A stretch of DNA of 63,703 nt, filler included, from an uncultured Methanosarcinales archaeon (GCA_964397315.1; 3 parts of 3 records of this genome joined end to end with filler, not necessarily neighbours in it), one strand, 5' to 3'; positions 49,524 to 61,724 are shown, counted from the first letter of the whole stretch. Program-made: numbers and translations. The notes: a model not told the origin generated them from the sequence alone.

Positions 49524-50594
49524 TCAGGCTTTTGCTGATGCAAACACCCATCTCTCGCAGAATGAAGGTATAAACTCTTTTCTGAACTCAACAGTCCTGA
49601 AGTGTTTTGGAAGGATTCTCCTCAGGGCTTTCTGCGTCTCAATGTCATACTCCCCGCAGCAGTGCATTGTTATGATGCCGCCTTTCTTCATTCCCTTACT
49701 TATGTCCGAGAAGAGCCTGTTGAGGTATCTTTTCCTCTCATCTGTGGTCATGGCCTCGGGGTGCATGGTGAGATCATATACTACAGCGTCAAACTCCTTC
49801 TTGTGCTGTTTCATGTAATTCCTGACATCATCTATGGCAATCCTCACTTTTGGATTGTCAAAAGCTCCTTTTGATATTGTCTTCAAATGTTTTCTTGAGG
49901 CCTCAATCACGTCCCTGTCCATGTCTATGAGGAATACCTCCTCAGGATTGAGCGCAAGCGCGTGGTGCAGCAACCCTCCGTCACCACCTCCAAGCACGGC
50001 AATCCTTTTTGGCCTTGCCTTTGCAAGAGGGGCTGTCATCATCTTATTAAAAACGTGCTCGTCCTTCTCAGCCACCTGCAGGTCATTGTCCAGGAAGAGC
50101 ATCCTGCCGAACTCATCGTTCTCTATTATCTCAATCTTCTGGAACTCTGACTGCTTCAGGAAGACCCTCTTCTTCACATGATATCTTGTCTCAAAACCGT
50201 AGGATGAGAATGCCACAATCCAGTCCTTCTCCCTTATGTTTAGCGGGCTTCCCCTCACCACTTCCATTGTCCTTGATGTTTTGGGCCTGAACTTATTCTT
50301 AAGGTAATCAAGCAGCTTCAGGGGCCCGTCAAAGTCAGGGGTACAAGTGTATATGTCAACAGACACGTGGTTCGCCTCTGGGAATGTGTGTATGCCTATG
50401 TGGGATTCTGTCACCACAGCAACAACTGTAGCCCCTATCGGCTCAAACTTCCTCCCTCTTATGTCTGTGATGTGCAGGCCTGCCTTTTTCCCTCCGTCGC
50501 TGAGGGCCTTCTCTATCCCCCTTACATCATCAAGCAGCTTCCTGTTTGAGCAGTTGATGAATTCTGCCATCACCTGAGATCCTTTAGGCCTCAT
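49524..50594 (-). CDS. AdoMet decarboxylase - aminopropyltransferase fusion
   Basis: ESHIGIHTFPE and DIYTC (SpeD class 1b); SEFQKI, LGGGDGG, YDLT. Confidence 0.88.
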   Translation of the reverse strand: MRPKGSQVMAEFINCSNRKLLDDVRGIEKALSDGGKKAGLHITDIRGRKFEPIGATVVAVVTESHIGIHTFPEANHVSVDIYTCTPDFDGPLKLLDYLKNKFRPKTSRTMEVVRGSPLNIREKDWIVAFSSYGFETRYHVKKRVFLKQSEFQKIEIIENDEFGRMLFLDNDLQVAEKDEHVFNKMMTAPLAKARPKRIAVLGGGDGGLLHHALALNPEEVFLIDMDRDVIEASRKHLKTISKGAFDNPKVRIAIDDVRNYMKQHKKEFDAVVYDLTMHPEAMTTDERKRYLNRLFSDISKGMKKGGIITMHCCGEYDIETQKALRRILPKHFRTVEFRKEFIPSFCERWVFASAKA

Positions 50595-51553
50595 GTGTTT
50601 TCCCGCCCCCTTTTCCCTTTTATGATGTCATCAACAAAATTAGGCAGCACAAAGCTTGCCTTGTGCAGCTCTGTGTTGTAATATCCTGTCTTTATTCCCA
50701 GCTTGTTCCACTCCTCCTCTTTCATGTCCTTTACAGGGTTAAGCTTCTTTGACGCAAACCCAAAGAGCCATAGCGAGGATGGGTAAGTGGGTATGACTCC
50801 CATGTACTGCCTGAATATGGGGAAGATGCTGCTCAGCTTGTCCCTTATCCCCTTCACGTCTTTCTCTGCAACAAAAGGGGCTTCGCTCTGGTTGACAAGA
50901 ATGCCGTCATCATTCAGTATCCTGTGGCAGTCAGAATAGAAGCTTTTTGTGAACAGCCCCTCTCCTACGCTTATCGGATCTGTTGAGTCTATTATTATGA
51001 GGTCATATGTGTTGTCTTCAGCGCCCCTGACGAATTTCACCCCGTCCTCAAACTTAAGATGCACTTTTTCGTTGTCCAGCTCCCCTGATATTGAGGGGAA
51101 GAATTTCCTTGCAACATCACACACCATCCTGTCAATCTCCACCATGTCAATGCGCTCAATTCCGGGGTACTTTACAAGCTCTCTCACCACGCCTCCGTCC
51201 CCAGCCCCTATCACGAGCACCCTTTTTGAGCCGGGCTTTACGCACATTGGCACGTGGGTTATCATGTCATGGTAAACAAACTCGTCCTTCTCAGTGACCA
51301 TCACCAGCCCGTCAAGAAGCATCACATTGCCGAAAAGCCTGTTGCTGAAAACCTCAATCTCCTGGAACTCGCTTTTGCAGCTGAAGAGCTTTTTGTCTTT
51401 TGTCAGTGCAATGCCGAATCCGGGGTTAAGCTCCGAGACCTCAATGAACCATGCGTCCCTGTTCTTTCCTTCTTTGTCAGTGAAATCTCCTGTTCCGCTC
51501 TCAGGCCCGCTCTCGGGCTTCCACTCTCCCTTTCCGGGTTCCTTTTCAGCCAT
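50591..51553 (-). CDS. speE: Polyamine aminopropyltransferase (spermidine synthase family)
   Basis: LDG....EKDEFVYH.M..H, GAGDGG, DSTDP, IPTYP. Confidence 0.92.
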   Translation of the reverse strand: MAEKEPGKGEWKPESGPESGTGDFTDKEGKNRDAWFIEVSELNPGFGIALTKDKKLFSCKSEFQEIEVFSNRLFGNVMLLDGLVMVTEKDEFVYHDMITHVPMCVKPGSKRVLVIGAGDGGVVRELVKYPGIERIDMVEIDRMVCDVARKFFPSISGELDNEKVHLKFEDGVKFVRGAEDNTYDLIIIDSTDPISVGEGLFTKSFYSDCHRILNDDGILVNQSEAPFVAEKDVKGIRDKLSSIFPIFRQYMGVIPTYPSSLWLFGFASKKLNPVKDMKEEEWNKLGIKTGYYNTELHKASFVLPNFVDDIIKGKRGRENT

Positions 51554-52526
51554 TTTTGAAACCTCCCAGCACAAGGAGAGGGAATATTATTGTGGCATCC
51601 CCCTCAATGTCCGCGCTTCTTGATTCCTGCCTGAGCTTGCCCCATGAAACTCCCTCTCTTGTTCTTGCTCCTGAAAGGCTGCCGTCCCCTTCTGTGCCTG
51701 TTGAGACATAGACTGCATAGTCAGCTCCCTCCCTGAAAAGGTTCGCGTTTATTGCATGATGCTTTGGAAGAGCTCCTCCAAGGCATATGACTCCTGCCCT
51801 CTCAGCATTAATCGCCAGGTCATTTATCCTGACTATGTCGTCGCTTATGTCAATCCTGAAGCCAGGGTTCTTCTTTTTGTAGAAGTAGAGCATGTCACCT
51901 ATTGAGCCGTCTGTGAGTGGAGGGCAGAAAACAGGGATATTGTTCTTTGAAGCCCAGTATAATATGCTGTTGCCGTCCTCAACCTCCTTTCCGAGCTCTT
52001 GTATGAATTCAGACGCTGAGATTATCCCTTTTTCATCCTGCTTTTTGTGCAGCTTCTCAAAGAAGGGGTTCATGAGCTTTTCAAACATTATGTACCTGTC
52101 ATTGGGCACGAGTATGTTGCCTATCCTGTTTATCCCCTTCCTGCTCAGCTCCCTGTCATCGCAGTCAAAGCTGCCCACAAGGAAGGGCTTGAGGCACTTT
52201 ATTATGTCCTCTTCAACACCTCCTGCTGTGGTGACAAGAACATGAACAAGCCTGTTCTTCACAAGCCATGCTATTATCTCCCTCAACCCAGAGCTGACCA
52301 TGTTGGATGTGTAGGCGAGGAATATTACCGCCTTTTCCTTCCTCATCTCCTTTATTATGCGGATGCCCTCTGCAAGATGTGTTGCCTGAAATCCTGTTGT
52401 TTTGTATGAGCTGAGGAACTCGCCTATGTCAAACTCCCCGGAGAAGTCAAAACCCCTTGCTTCAGGAAGCCCTTCCGGCTCTGTGGATTCCCTGAATACT
52501 ATGTCCTCAGGCTTTTTCTCAGGCAT
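51546..52526 (-). CDS. dys: Deoxyhypusine synthase
   Basis: GFQAT, YTSNMVSSGLR, GGVEED, NRIGN, DGSLSGA, EGVSWGK. Confidence 0.93.
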   Translation of the reverse strand: MPEKKPEDIVFRESTEPEGLPEARGFDFSGEFDIGEFLSSYKTTGFQATHLAEGIRIIKEMRKEKAVIFLAYTSNMVSSGLREIIAWLVKNRLVHVLVTTAGGVEEDIIKCLKPFLVGSFDCDDRELSRKGINRIGNILVPNDRYIMFEKLMNPFFEKLHKKQDEKGIISASEFIQELGKEVEDGNSILYWASKNNIPVFCPPLTDGSIGDMLYFYKKKNPGFRIDISDDIVRINDLAINAERAGVICLGGALPKHHAINANLFREGADYAVYVSTGTEGDGSLSGARTREGVSWGKLRQESRSADIEGDATIIFPLLVLGGFKNG

Positions 52527-52579
52527 ATGCGGGCTGAAAAGAGTAAATTTTTTAAAGCTTTCCATGAGTATATGGCAGC

Positions 52580-53446
52580 ATGACAGAAGAATCACCAAAG
52601 GCATCTGCAGAATCATTCATAGAGCCTTTTGAGTATGACAAGAGCTGGGTTGTGATACTTCCTGTGCCTTATGAGGCCACAGTAACTTATGAGAAGGGAG
52701 CTTCAAAAGGCCCCTCAGCCATAATTGAGGCTTCAAGATACCTTGAGTTCTATGAGATGGATTCTGGCGCAAGCCCGAAGGATGCGGGGATATGGACAGC
52801 AGAGCCCCTGAAGCCAGCGGAAACCCCTGAGAAAATGGTTGAGAGCGTCTATAATGAGGCAAAGAAGCATATTGAATCAGGAAAGTTTGTCGTGATGCTT
52901 GGCGGAGAGCACACTCTCACTTTTGGAACAGTGAAGGCCTGCAAGGAGAAATACCCGGACCTTAGCGTGCTTCAGCTTGACGCCCATGCTGACCTCAGGG
53001 AAGAGTACAACAGCATGAGGCTCATGCACGGCACTGTGATGGCAAGGATAAGGGAGCTATGCCCTGTAGTGCCGGCCGGAATAAGAAGCGTGGGCAGGAA
53101 AGAGGCAGAGAGGATAAAGAAAGAAAGCCTGCCTGTGTTCTTTGCAGAGGACATCCATGACAATGACAAGTGGATGGATGAGGCAATAGCAGGGCTTTCA
53201 GATAATGTTTATATAACATTTGATGTTGATGTGCTTGACCCCTCTGTAATGCCTGCGACAGGAACGCCTGAGCCGGGAGGGCTTGGCTGGCATAATGTAA
53301 TAAGGTTTCTCAGGAAAGTGTTCAGGGAAAAGAATGTTGTCGGTTTTGATGTTGTTGAGCTGGCTCCCAAAGAGGGCATGCATCATTGCAACTTCACAGC
53401 AGCAAGGCTGGTGCAGAAGATGATTGGGTATAAGTTTTTTAAGTAG
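52580..53446 (+). CDS. speB: Agmatinase
   Basis: GGEH, DAHAD, DVDVLDP, TGTPEPGG. Confidence 0.92.
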   Translation: MTEESPKASAESFIEPFEYDKSWVVILPVPYEATVTYEKGASKGPSAIIEASRYLEFYEMDSGASPKDAGIWTAEPLKPAETPEKMVESVYNEAKKHIESGKFVVMLGGEHTLTFGTVKACKEKYPDLSVLQLDAHADLREEYNSMRLMHGTVMARIRELCPVVPAGIRSVGRKEAERIKKESLPVFFAEDIHDNDKWMDEAIAGLSDNVYITFDVDVLDPSVMPATGTPEPGGLGWHNVIRFLRKVFREKNVVGFDVVELAPKEGMHHCNFTAARLVQKMIGYKFFK

Positions 53447-53539
53447 TAGAACACCTCAAGATTATTCCTGCGGCTAAATTATCAGGCTGCAATAAAAATG
53501 AAGTAAGAATAATGAAAATCTTGGCTGTTAAGTATATCA

Positions 53540-55816
<2,277 letters not shown>

Positions 55817-55930
55817 CTTGCAGATACCCTTTGTACTTTGGTATATCCTTTCTCTTGAGAAAAAAGCTTATAAATTTTGCGGTCAGCGGCTCAAGAGAGA
55901 GCAAGCAGCAGAAAAGAGGGGCTGCGCCCT

Positions 55931-56371
55931 TTATTTATTGCTTTTCTTGGTGCTTGTGGTCACATTGCTGCTGGATACCTTTGGAAGGGGTATTGGGGGA
56001 GGAAGGTTGAGCTCCTTGCTCATCACAAGGGACTGGACATTGCATCTCATGAGGATTGCATTGACTAAGGGCTCCATGATGCTGTTTGGGAGCTTCTTGT
56101 CCTTGTCCCACCCCTTTTTGAGGTCCTCAACTGCCTTTTCATCCTCCATGTCAAGAATATTGCCCTCAAATATTATCTCAGCCACATTGGGGTTGTATTC
56201 AGACTTGAACTCAAATGATACCTTGAGGCCCTTCTGTTTTGCCTTTCCGAGGCTCAGGTCAGTCTTGCTGACATCTGTGATTGTGACATTGTTCTTTATG
56301 TTGATCTTGCCCCTTGCATCCCCCTTTCTCTCAATGTGCATCTTTGTAAAATTAAATCCCACAACTGCCAT
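55931..56371 (-). CDS. Conserved archaeal protein, possibly SecB-like
   Basis: VGFNFTK, LNLPPPIPLP; fold assignment tentative. Confidence 0.6.
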   Translation of the reverse strand: MAVVGFNFTKMHIERKGDARGKINIKNNVTITDVSKTDLSLGKAKQKGLKVSFEFKSEYNPNVAEIIFEGNILDMEDEKAVEDLKKGWDKDKKLPNSIMEPLVNAILMRCNVQSLVMSKELNLPPPIPLPKVSSSNVTTSTKKSNK

Positions 56372-56495
56372 TTTTTCACCTTTAGGGCTGTATTAGACGC
56401 CTCTTTATAAATATTTTGGTGTGCTAAAACCTGCTGTAAAACCCTGTAAAGCCTGAATAAAGCCCTCAGGAGACCTCACGGCTCGGATGTCTGTC

Positions 56496-56657
56496 TCAGA
56501 TGTTCATCTTCCTCAGCTCAAGGATGAACAAGAGTGCGAGAGCAAATATAATAAGGTAAACAACAGACTTTATTATTATAAAGTGCCTCATGAACCTCTT
56601 CTGGCTTCTTGTTCTTGCCTTTACTCCGAATATCCTGTCAGGCTTTCTCAGCTTCAT
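56496..56657 (-). CDS. Small single-TM protein (53 aa)
   Basis: MKLRKPDRIFG...SVVYLIIFALALLFILELRKMNI; below the ORF-track cutoff. Confidence 0.5.
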   Translation of the reverse strand: MKLRKPDRIFGVKARTRSQKRFMRHFIIIKSVVYLIIFALALLFILELRKMNI

Positions 56658-56761
56658 GATCTCCCTGGTTCTTAGTTTGATGCAAAGATATTTAAATTAT
56701 CTGTTTTAAGCTCTTTAAAGGTCTTATAGATGATTAAGGGAATTCAGGGCCAAAGAGGGGT

Positions 56762-57529
56762 ATGATGGGCTTGGTTGATGTTCACTGCCATCTTGACTTC
56801 AGGCAGTATGGGAAGGATCTGGATAAGGTTATAGAGCGGGCCAGGAAAGCAGGGGTTAAGCGTATTGTGCAGAACGGAGTTAATCCCTCCAGCAACAGAA
56901 GATCCATGAGCATTGCGGAAAAATTTCCTGACATTGTAAGGCCCGCGCTCGGAATATACCCTGTTGACGGGCTTGAGCTTTCTGACGAGGAGTTTGAGAG
57001 AGAGCTTGAGTTCATAAAAAGGCAGGCCGGCAGCATAGTCGGGGTAGGGGAGGTTGGCATTGATTATCACTGGACTAAGGATGAAACAGGGAGGAGGAAG
57101 CAGGAGGAGAACTTCCTCAGGATAATCAGGCTCTCAGAGAGCATGAACAAGCCGCTCATAGTCCACTCAAGAGAGGCGGAGAGGGAGACCTTTGACCTGC
57201 TGAAGAGCTCAAGCGCAAAAAGGGTTGTGATGCACTGCTTCAACGCAAACTTCACCACAATAAAAGAGGCAGAGGACATGGGGTATTACTTCACTATTCC
57301 GGTGATTGTCCTGAGAAACAAGCACTTCAGGAAGATGGCGAAGAGGCTGGCAGCAGACAGGATACTCACAGAGACTGACGGGCCTTACCTCAGCCCATTT
57401 CAGGGGAAGAGGAACGAGCCTGCTTTTGTCAGGCAGGCTGTGGACAAGATAGCTGAGCTCAGGGGGGAGGATGCTGCTGAGATTGAGAGCAGGATAATGG
57501 GGAATTACGAGGAGGTCTTTGGAGCATGA
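56762..57529 (+). CDS. tatD: TatD family nuclease
   Basis: DVHCHL, GEVGID, VHSR, HCF, ETDGP. Confidence 0.92.
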   Translation: MMGLVDVHCHLDFRQYGKDLDKVIERARKAGVKRIVQNGVNPSSNRRSMSIAEKFPDIVRPALGIYPVDGLELSDEEFERELEFIKRQAGSIVGVGEVGIDYHWTKDETGRRKQEENFLRIIRLSESMNKPLIVHSREAERETFDLLKSSSAKRVVMHCFNANFTTIKEAEDMGYYFTIPVIVLRNKHFRKMAKRLAADRILTETDGPYLSPFQGKRNEPAFVRQAVDKIAELRGEDAAEIESRIMGNYEEVFGA

Positions 57530-58794
57530 GAGGCAGGAAGGCAAAAACAGAGAGAGCAAGCGGCGCGAAGAGAGCAGGCAGCTCAAAGAGAAAGGGCAGC
57601 AGAGAGAAAACAGCAGATGCAGGAGGGAAAAAAGGCAGCAGCAGAAAGCAGAACAAAAAGCTGAAGCCTGAGAAGACACCTTACCACAGCTGGAAGATAG
57701 GCAGCATGCCAAAGGGATGCAGGCTGTGCGTGCAGGGAAGGAAGCTTGTTCTCTTTGTTACAGGAGTGTGCTCCAGGCCGTGCTTCTACTGCCCCCTCGC
57801 AGACACCAAAAAGAATCTTGATGTGATATACGCCAACGAGTGGAAGCTGGAGAATGAGAATGACACCGGATCCATACTTGAGGAGGCCAGGCTCACAGGG
57901 GCCAGGGGAGCGGGCATAACAGGAGGGGACCCTCTTGCAAGGCTTGACAGGACATTGAAGTACATCCGGCTGCTCAAGAGAAGGTTCGGAAAGAGCTTTC
58001 ACATACACCTGTACACTCTTCCTGAGCTGATAAGTGAGGATTCGCTTGCAAAGCTTCACAGGGCAGGGCTTGACGAGCTCAGGCTCCACCCTGACATTGA
58101 AAACAAGAAGCACTGGTGGAAGGCGGACCTTGCAAGAGAGTTCAGCTGGGACCTTGGGATTGAGATTCCTGTAATACCAGGAAAGGACAAGGAGATATCA
58201 GTCCTGATAAACAACTTCAAGGACAAGATTGACTTTCTTAACCTTAATGAGCTTGAGGTCGCTGACTCCAATGCATACGAGCTGCTGAAGAGGGGGTTCA
58301 AGCCGAAGGACGGCGCATCCTACGGGGTTGAGGGAAGCAGGGATCTTGCCATGAAACTCATGAAAAAGTATGCAGGGGATATAAAAAGCATTCACTACTG
58401 CACCACCACCCTGAAGGACAGGGTGCAGCTTGCCAGCAGGATAATCATAAGGGCGCGGAAGGTGAGAAAGCCTTTTGACGAGATGACACGGGATGGTATG
58501 CTTGTCCGCGGCGCATTGTACCTGCCCGAGCTCGCGCCGGGAGCGGGGTACAGGAGAAAGCTTGAGAAGGCGAACAAGGAAAGGCTTGCAAATAATCTTG
58601 AGGCAATTATGAAGGACATTGCAAAAAGGCGCAGGATACCCTCAAGAATGATGGCTGTTGACAGGCAGAAGCCGAGAATACTCACCTCAAAGAAGATTGC
58701 GGGAAAACTTAAAAAAGAGGAGGGGATTAAGGCAGCGGTTGTCACAGAGTACCCCACATGGGACCAGACAGAGACCGATGTCAGGTTCCTGTGA
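57526..58794 (+). CDS. Archaeal radical SAM protein
   Basis: GC..C..G.KLVLFVTG.CSRPCFYCP, ITGGDP, HIHLYT. Confidence 0.88.
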   Translation: MRGRKAKTERASGAKRAGSSKRKGSREKTADAGGKKGSSRKQNKKLKPEKTPYHSWKIGSMPKGCRLCVQGRKLVLFVTGVCSRPCFYCPLADTKKNLDVIYANEWKLENENDTGSILEEARLTGARGAGITGGDPLARLDRTLKYIRLLKRRFGKSFHIHLYTLPELISEDSLAKLHRAGLDELRLHPDIENKKHWWKADLAREFSWDLGIEIPVIPGKDKEISVLINNFKDKIDFLNLNELEVADSNAYELLKRGFKPKDGASYGVEGSRDLAMKLMKKYAGDIKSIHYCTTTLKDRVQLASRIIIRARKVRKPFDEMTRDGMLVRGALYLPELAPGAGYRRKLEKANKERLANNLEAIMKDIAKRRRIPSRMMAVDRQKPRILTSKKIAGKLKKEEGIKAAVVTEYPTWDQTETDVRFL

Positions 58795-58808
58795 TCATGC
58801 TGCAATAA

Positions 58809-58952
58809 GGGCCCGTGGTCTAGCGGCTGCGCAGGCAGGCAATTGCTGCCCTGATGCGCCGCAGATGACATCGCCTTCACACGGCGGGGGTCGCCGGTTC
58901 AAAAGCCTGGCCGCGCTCATACGCTGCAGGCATGAAAGTCCGGCCGGGCCCA
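58809..58952 (+). tRNA. tRNA-Val(CAC) with two introns (58829-58864 and 58904-58938)
   Basis: Exons 58809-58828, 58865-58903 and 58939-58952 give a 73-nt cloverleaf with anticodon CAC at 58878-58880; BHB-type junctions at both introns. Confidence 0.9.
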
Positions 58953-58962
58953 TTTAAGAAAG

Positions 58963-59048
58963 CAATTATGCCAGACGAACGGAGTGAGTCGGCATAATTG
59001 GTTTTTAAATGCTTTAAAATCCCAGACGAGCTTTAGCGAGTCGGGATT
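58963..59048. repeat. Two related imperfect hairpins
   Basis: CAATTATGCC-AGACGAACGGAGTGAGTC-GGCATAATTG and AATCCC-AGACGAGCTTTAGCGAGTC-GGGATT. Confidence 0.7.
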
Positions 59049-59153
59049 ATCCGGGTGTTTTTACTCCTCAATATACCGCAAGATTTATATATCTCTTAAC
59101 TATCTGCGAATGGTAATAAGACATTTGGCATGGTGTTTTTGAGGGGTGTTAGA

Positions 59154-59498
59154 ATGAACAGGCATTTTATGGGATTGTTGGCTGGAGTGCTTCTTGTAAC
59201 TGCAATGCTCGGAGTCCAGATGGGATCATTCCGCGCAGCAGCATTTGATGATACTGTTGAGATGCATTATAACGTGCATAATTCAGGAGAGAATGATGTT
59301 GACCATGCTTCTGTAACCCTTTGGATACCTGGGCTGGGCTATTACGAGAAGCTGGATTCCTTTGACATAGGCGACGGAGAGACGCACAGCCAGTTCTATC
59401 ATGACTCAGGATTACAACACGGCACTTATCTTGCCAGGGTGATGGTGTCAAGCGATCACTCAAGACACAGCAGGTGGATATGGCTTGATGTTGAGTAG
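59154..59498 (+). CDS. Small exported Ig-like/CARDB-like protein
   Basis: Signal peptide; V.NSG....., G.Y...V beta-rich pattern. Confidence 0.65.
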   Translation: MNRHFMGLLAGVLLVTAMLGVQMGSFRAAAFDDTVEMHYNVHNSGENDVDHASVTLWIPGLGYYEKLDSFDIGDGETHSQFYHDSGLQHGTYLARVMVSSDHSRHSRWIWLDVE

Positions 59499-59555
59499 AA
59501 CCTGTTTTATTTTCCTGATTATATGATTTGTTCTTGTATTCTTTTTATCACTGCT

Positions 59556-60173
59556 TCAATACATTATTCCCTTGAGGTACTGCTCTCTTATTGTCCTGAA
59601 GCCCGCCTCTGTCGCGGCAATAAATGTCTGGCGCCCCTCTTTCTTTCTCTGCATGAGGCCCAGCTCCTCAAGCCTGGAGACATATCTTGAGACAGCGCTT
59701 GTCTTACCAGCATGATTGTAGGGGTAGAGCTCCTGCACAAGCATCTTCAGCTGTATGAACTCCCCTCCGCATTCCTTTGATATCTTGTGGGAGAGAACAA
59801 GGATTCTCTTCTCCTGGTTGGTGAGCTCGTATTTTATGGCCACCTGTTTCCTGCCTTTCTTTTCAGGCGCGAACAGCTCAACCAGCTGGTCAAACACCTC
59901 TATGAATTCCCTGCCCTTGTTGGTTATGCTCATCACATAATCCTTGTCAACTGAGTCAAAAGCTATGAGCCCGTAGTCAGCCAGCTTCCTCGCTGACCTT
60001 CTTGCCCTGAGTTTTCCTGCTATCCCCCCTCCTGTTTTTCCGGCTATTCTGGAAAGCCTTGTTGTGTAGGAGTTCTTCTGCAGCACTTCGCTGTCATAGA
60101 TCAGCTTTAGAATGTTAACTGCGGTCCTGTCCTTGAGCAGGGGGCGGAGTCTCATAACCTCTTCTTTTTTCAT
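59556..60173 (-). CDS. Tandem winged-helix DNA-binding protein
   Basis: KLADYGLI...SITNKGR and VSRLEELGLMQR...TEAG; divergent from cdc6. Confidence 0.7.
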   Translation of the reverse strand: MKKEEVMRLRPLLKDRTAVNILKLIYDSEVLQKNSYTTRLSRIAGKTGGGIAGKLRARRSARKLADYGLIAFDSVDKDYVMSITNKGREFIEVFDQLVELFAPEKKGRKQVAIKYELTNQEKRILVLSHKISKECGGEFIQLKMLVQELYPYNHAGKTSAVSRYVSRLEELGLMQRKKEGRQTFIAATEAGFRTIREQYLKGIMY

Positions 60174-60375
60174 GCTGTTTTTATTTTTTGTTGTGCTCCT
60201 TAATAACTATTTAAGCCACTAGTATACATAATGCCCTATTGGAATCCAAAGAAGTATCGGAAACATCGGAAATAAGGGAAGGAAAAAACGAAAGGTTTAT
60301 ATAGGACCTTAGCATTACTCCACCTACCAAGTTGGAGGGAAAACCTCACGGTTCTCCCAGGGGTGGTTTGAGAAA

Positions 60376-61551
60376 ATGGAACCAATGACGTTTTCGTCAG
60401 TGCTGAAGAACCCTATATACAGGAAAAGGGATGTGCTCTATGCTTTGGAGCCTCCCACAGGGTTCCTTCACAGGACGGGACAGAAGAACGAGCTGATAAT
60501 GGAGCTTGCTCCTATCCTCATGGGCTCTGCAGTGAGCTGCGTGTTCGTGTACGGCGTGCCCGGCACAGGAAAGACAGGCCTGATAATGGACCTGATGAAG
60601 GAGCTTGAGGATGAGGCAGGCAAAAAAGAAGTGAAGCTAAAGACATCCTACATAAACTGCTCAGAGAACAGGACAGAGACAGCAATCCTCATGGGCCTTC
60701 TCAACCAGCTCAACCCTGACAAGGAGTATCCCAAGATGGGCTGGACAAGGACAAAGGCAATAGACGAGTTCCACAAGGTGCTTGACAGGACAGGAGGCCA
60801 GGTCCTCATAGTGCTGGACGAGGTTGACTACGTGCTGAAGGAAGCGGGAGATGACATACTGTACAGGCTCAGCAGGATAAACAATGACGCGAATGCAAAA
60901 GTCTCCTCCCTCATAATCTCAAATGATGTCAGAGTGGGGGACTACATAAAGCCAAGGACGCAGTCAGCATTCGGCAGGGTCAAAGTAATATTCTCGCCTT
61001 ATAACTCAGAGGAGCTTTTTGACATACTAAGGGACAGGGCAAAGCACGCCTTCAAGCAGGGAGTGGTGTCTGACGCAGTGATAAAGAAGATAGCAGAGAT
61101 AGAGGGCCAGAGGAACGGGGACGCGAGAAAGGCTATGGAGATGCTGGACGCGTGCGCAAAGATAGCGATAGCGAAGAAGAGGAACAAGATAACACTTGAC
61201 CTGGTGGAGGAGGCTGACAGGAATCTTGAGAGGGACCAGATGCTGACCATAGTGACCACTCTGACAAAACACCAGAAGCTGATATACCTCGCGATACTGA
61301 AGAATCAGGACAAGGTGATGGCTGGCTCGGACATCTACAAGCACTACCTTGAGGAGTGCGAGTCATACAACATAAAGCCCCTCTCAGAGAGAAGGGTGAG
61401 GTCATTCATCATAGAACTCACAGAGATGGGCCTCATAGAATCAGAGGTGGGATGGCTCGCAACTGCAAAGAAAAAGACAAGGAAGATATCAGTTAATCTT
61501 GACAGGGCGGTTAAGAACAAGGCAATAAAGCTCATAAGAGACTCAATATGA
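60376..61551 (+). CDS. cdc6: Orc1/Cdc6 replication initiator
   Basis: YGVPGTGKT, YINC, VLDEVD, F.PY..EEL..IL..R, GDARKA, C-terminal wHTH. Confidence 0.93.
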   Translation: MEPMTFSSVLKNPIYRKRDVLYALEPPTGFLHRTGQKNELIMELAPILMGSAVSCVFVYGVPGTGKTGLIMDLMKELEDEAGKKEVKLKTSYINCSENRTETAILMGLLNQLNPDKEYPKMGWTRTKAIDEFHKVLDRTGGQVLIVLDEVDYVLKEAGDDILYRLSRINNDANAKVSSLIISNDVRVGDYIKPRTQSAFGRVKVIFSPYNSEELFDILRDRAKHAFKQGVVSDAVIKKIAEIEGQRNGDARKAMEMLDACAKIAIAKKRNKITLDLVEEADRNLERDQMLTIVTTLTKHQKLIYLAILKNQDKVMAGSDIYKHYLEECESYNIKPLSERRVRSFIIELTEMGLIESEVGWLATAKKKTRKISVNLDRAVKNKAIKLIRDSI

Positions 61552-61724
61552 GAGAGTAAATATGATCATGCTCACTTCGTTTGTGGGGGAAAGAGGTGGC
61601 AGGCAATGGCAGTGCGCCATTGCCTGAATTCCTTTCTCCTTGGCTGAGGCAGCAGAAAAAAAGGCGTAATGGCTGGCTGAAGCCATGAGATCAGGAGAAA
61701 GATTAACCTAGCGAAAGCCATGAG

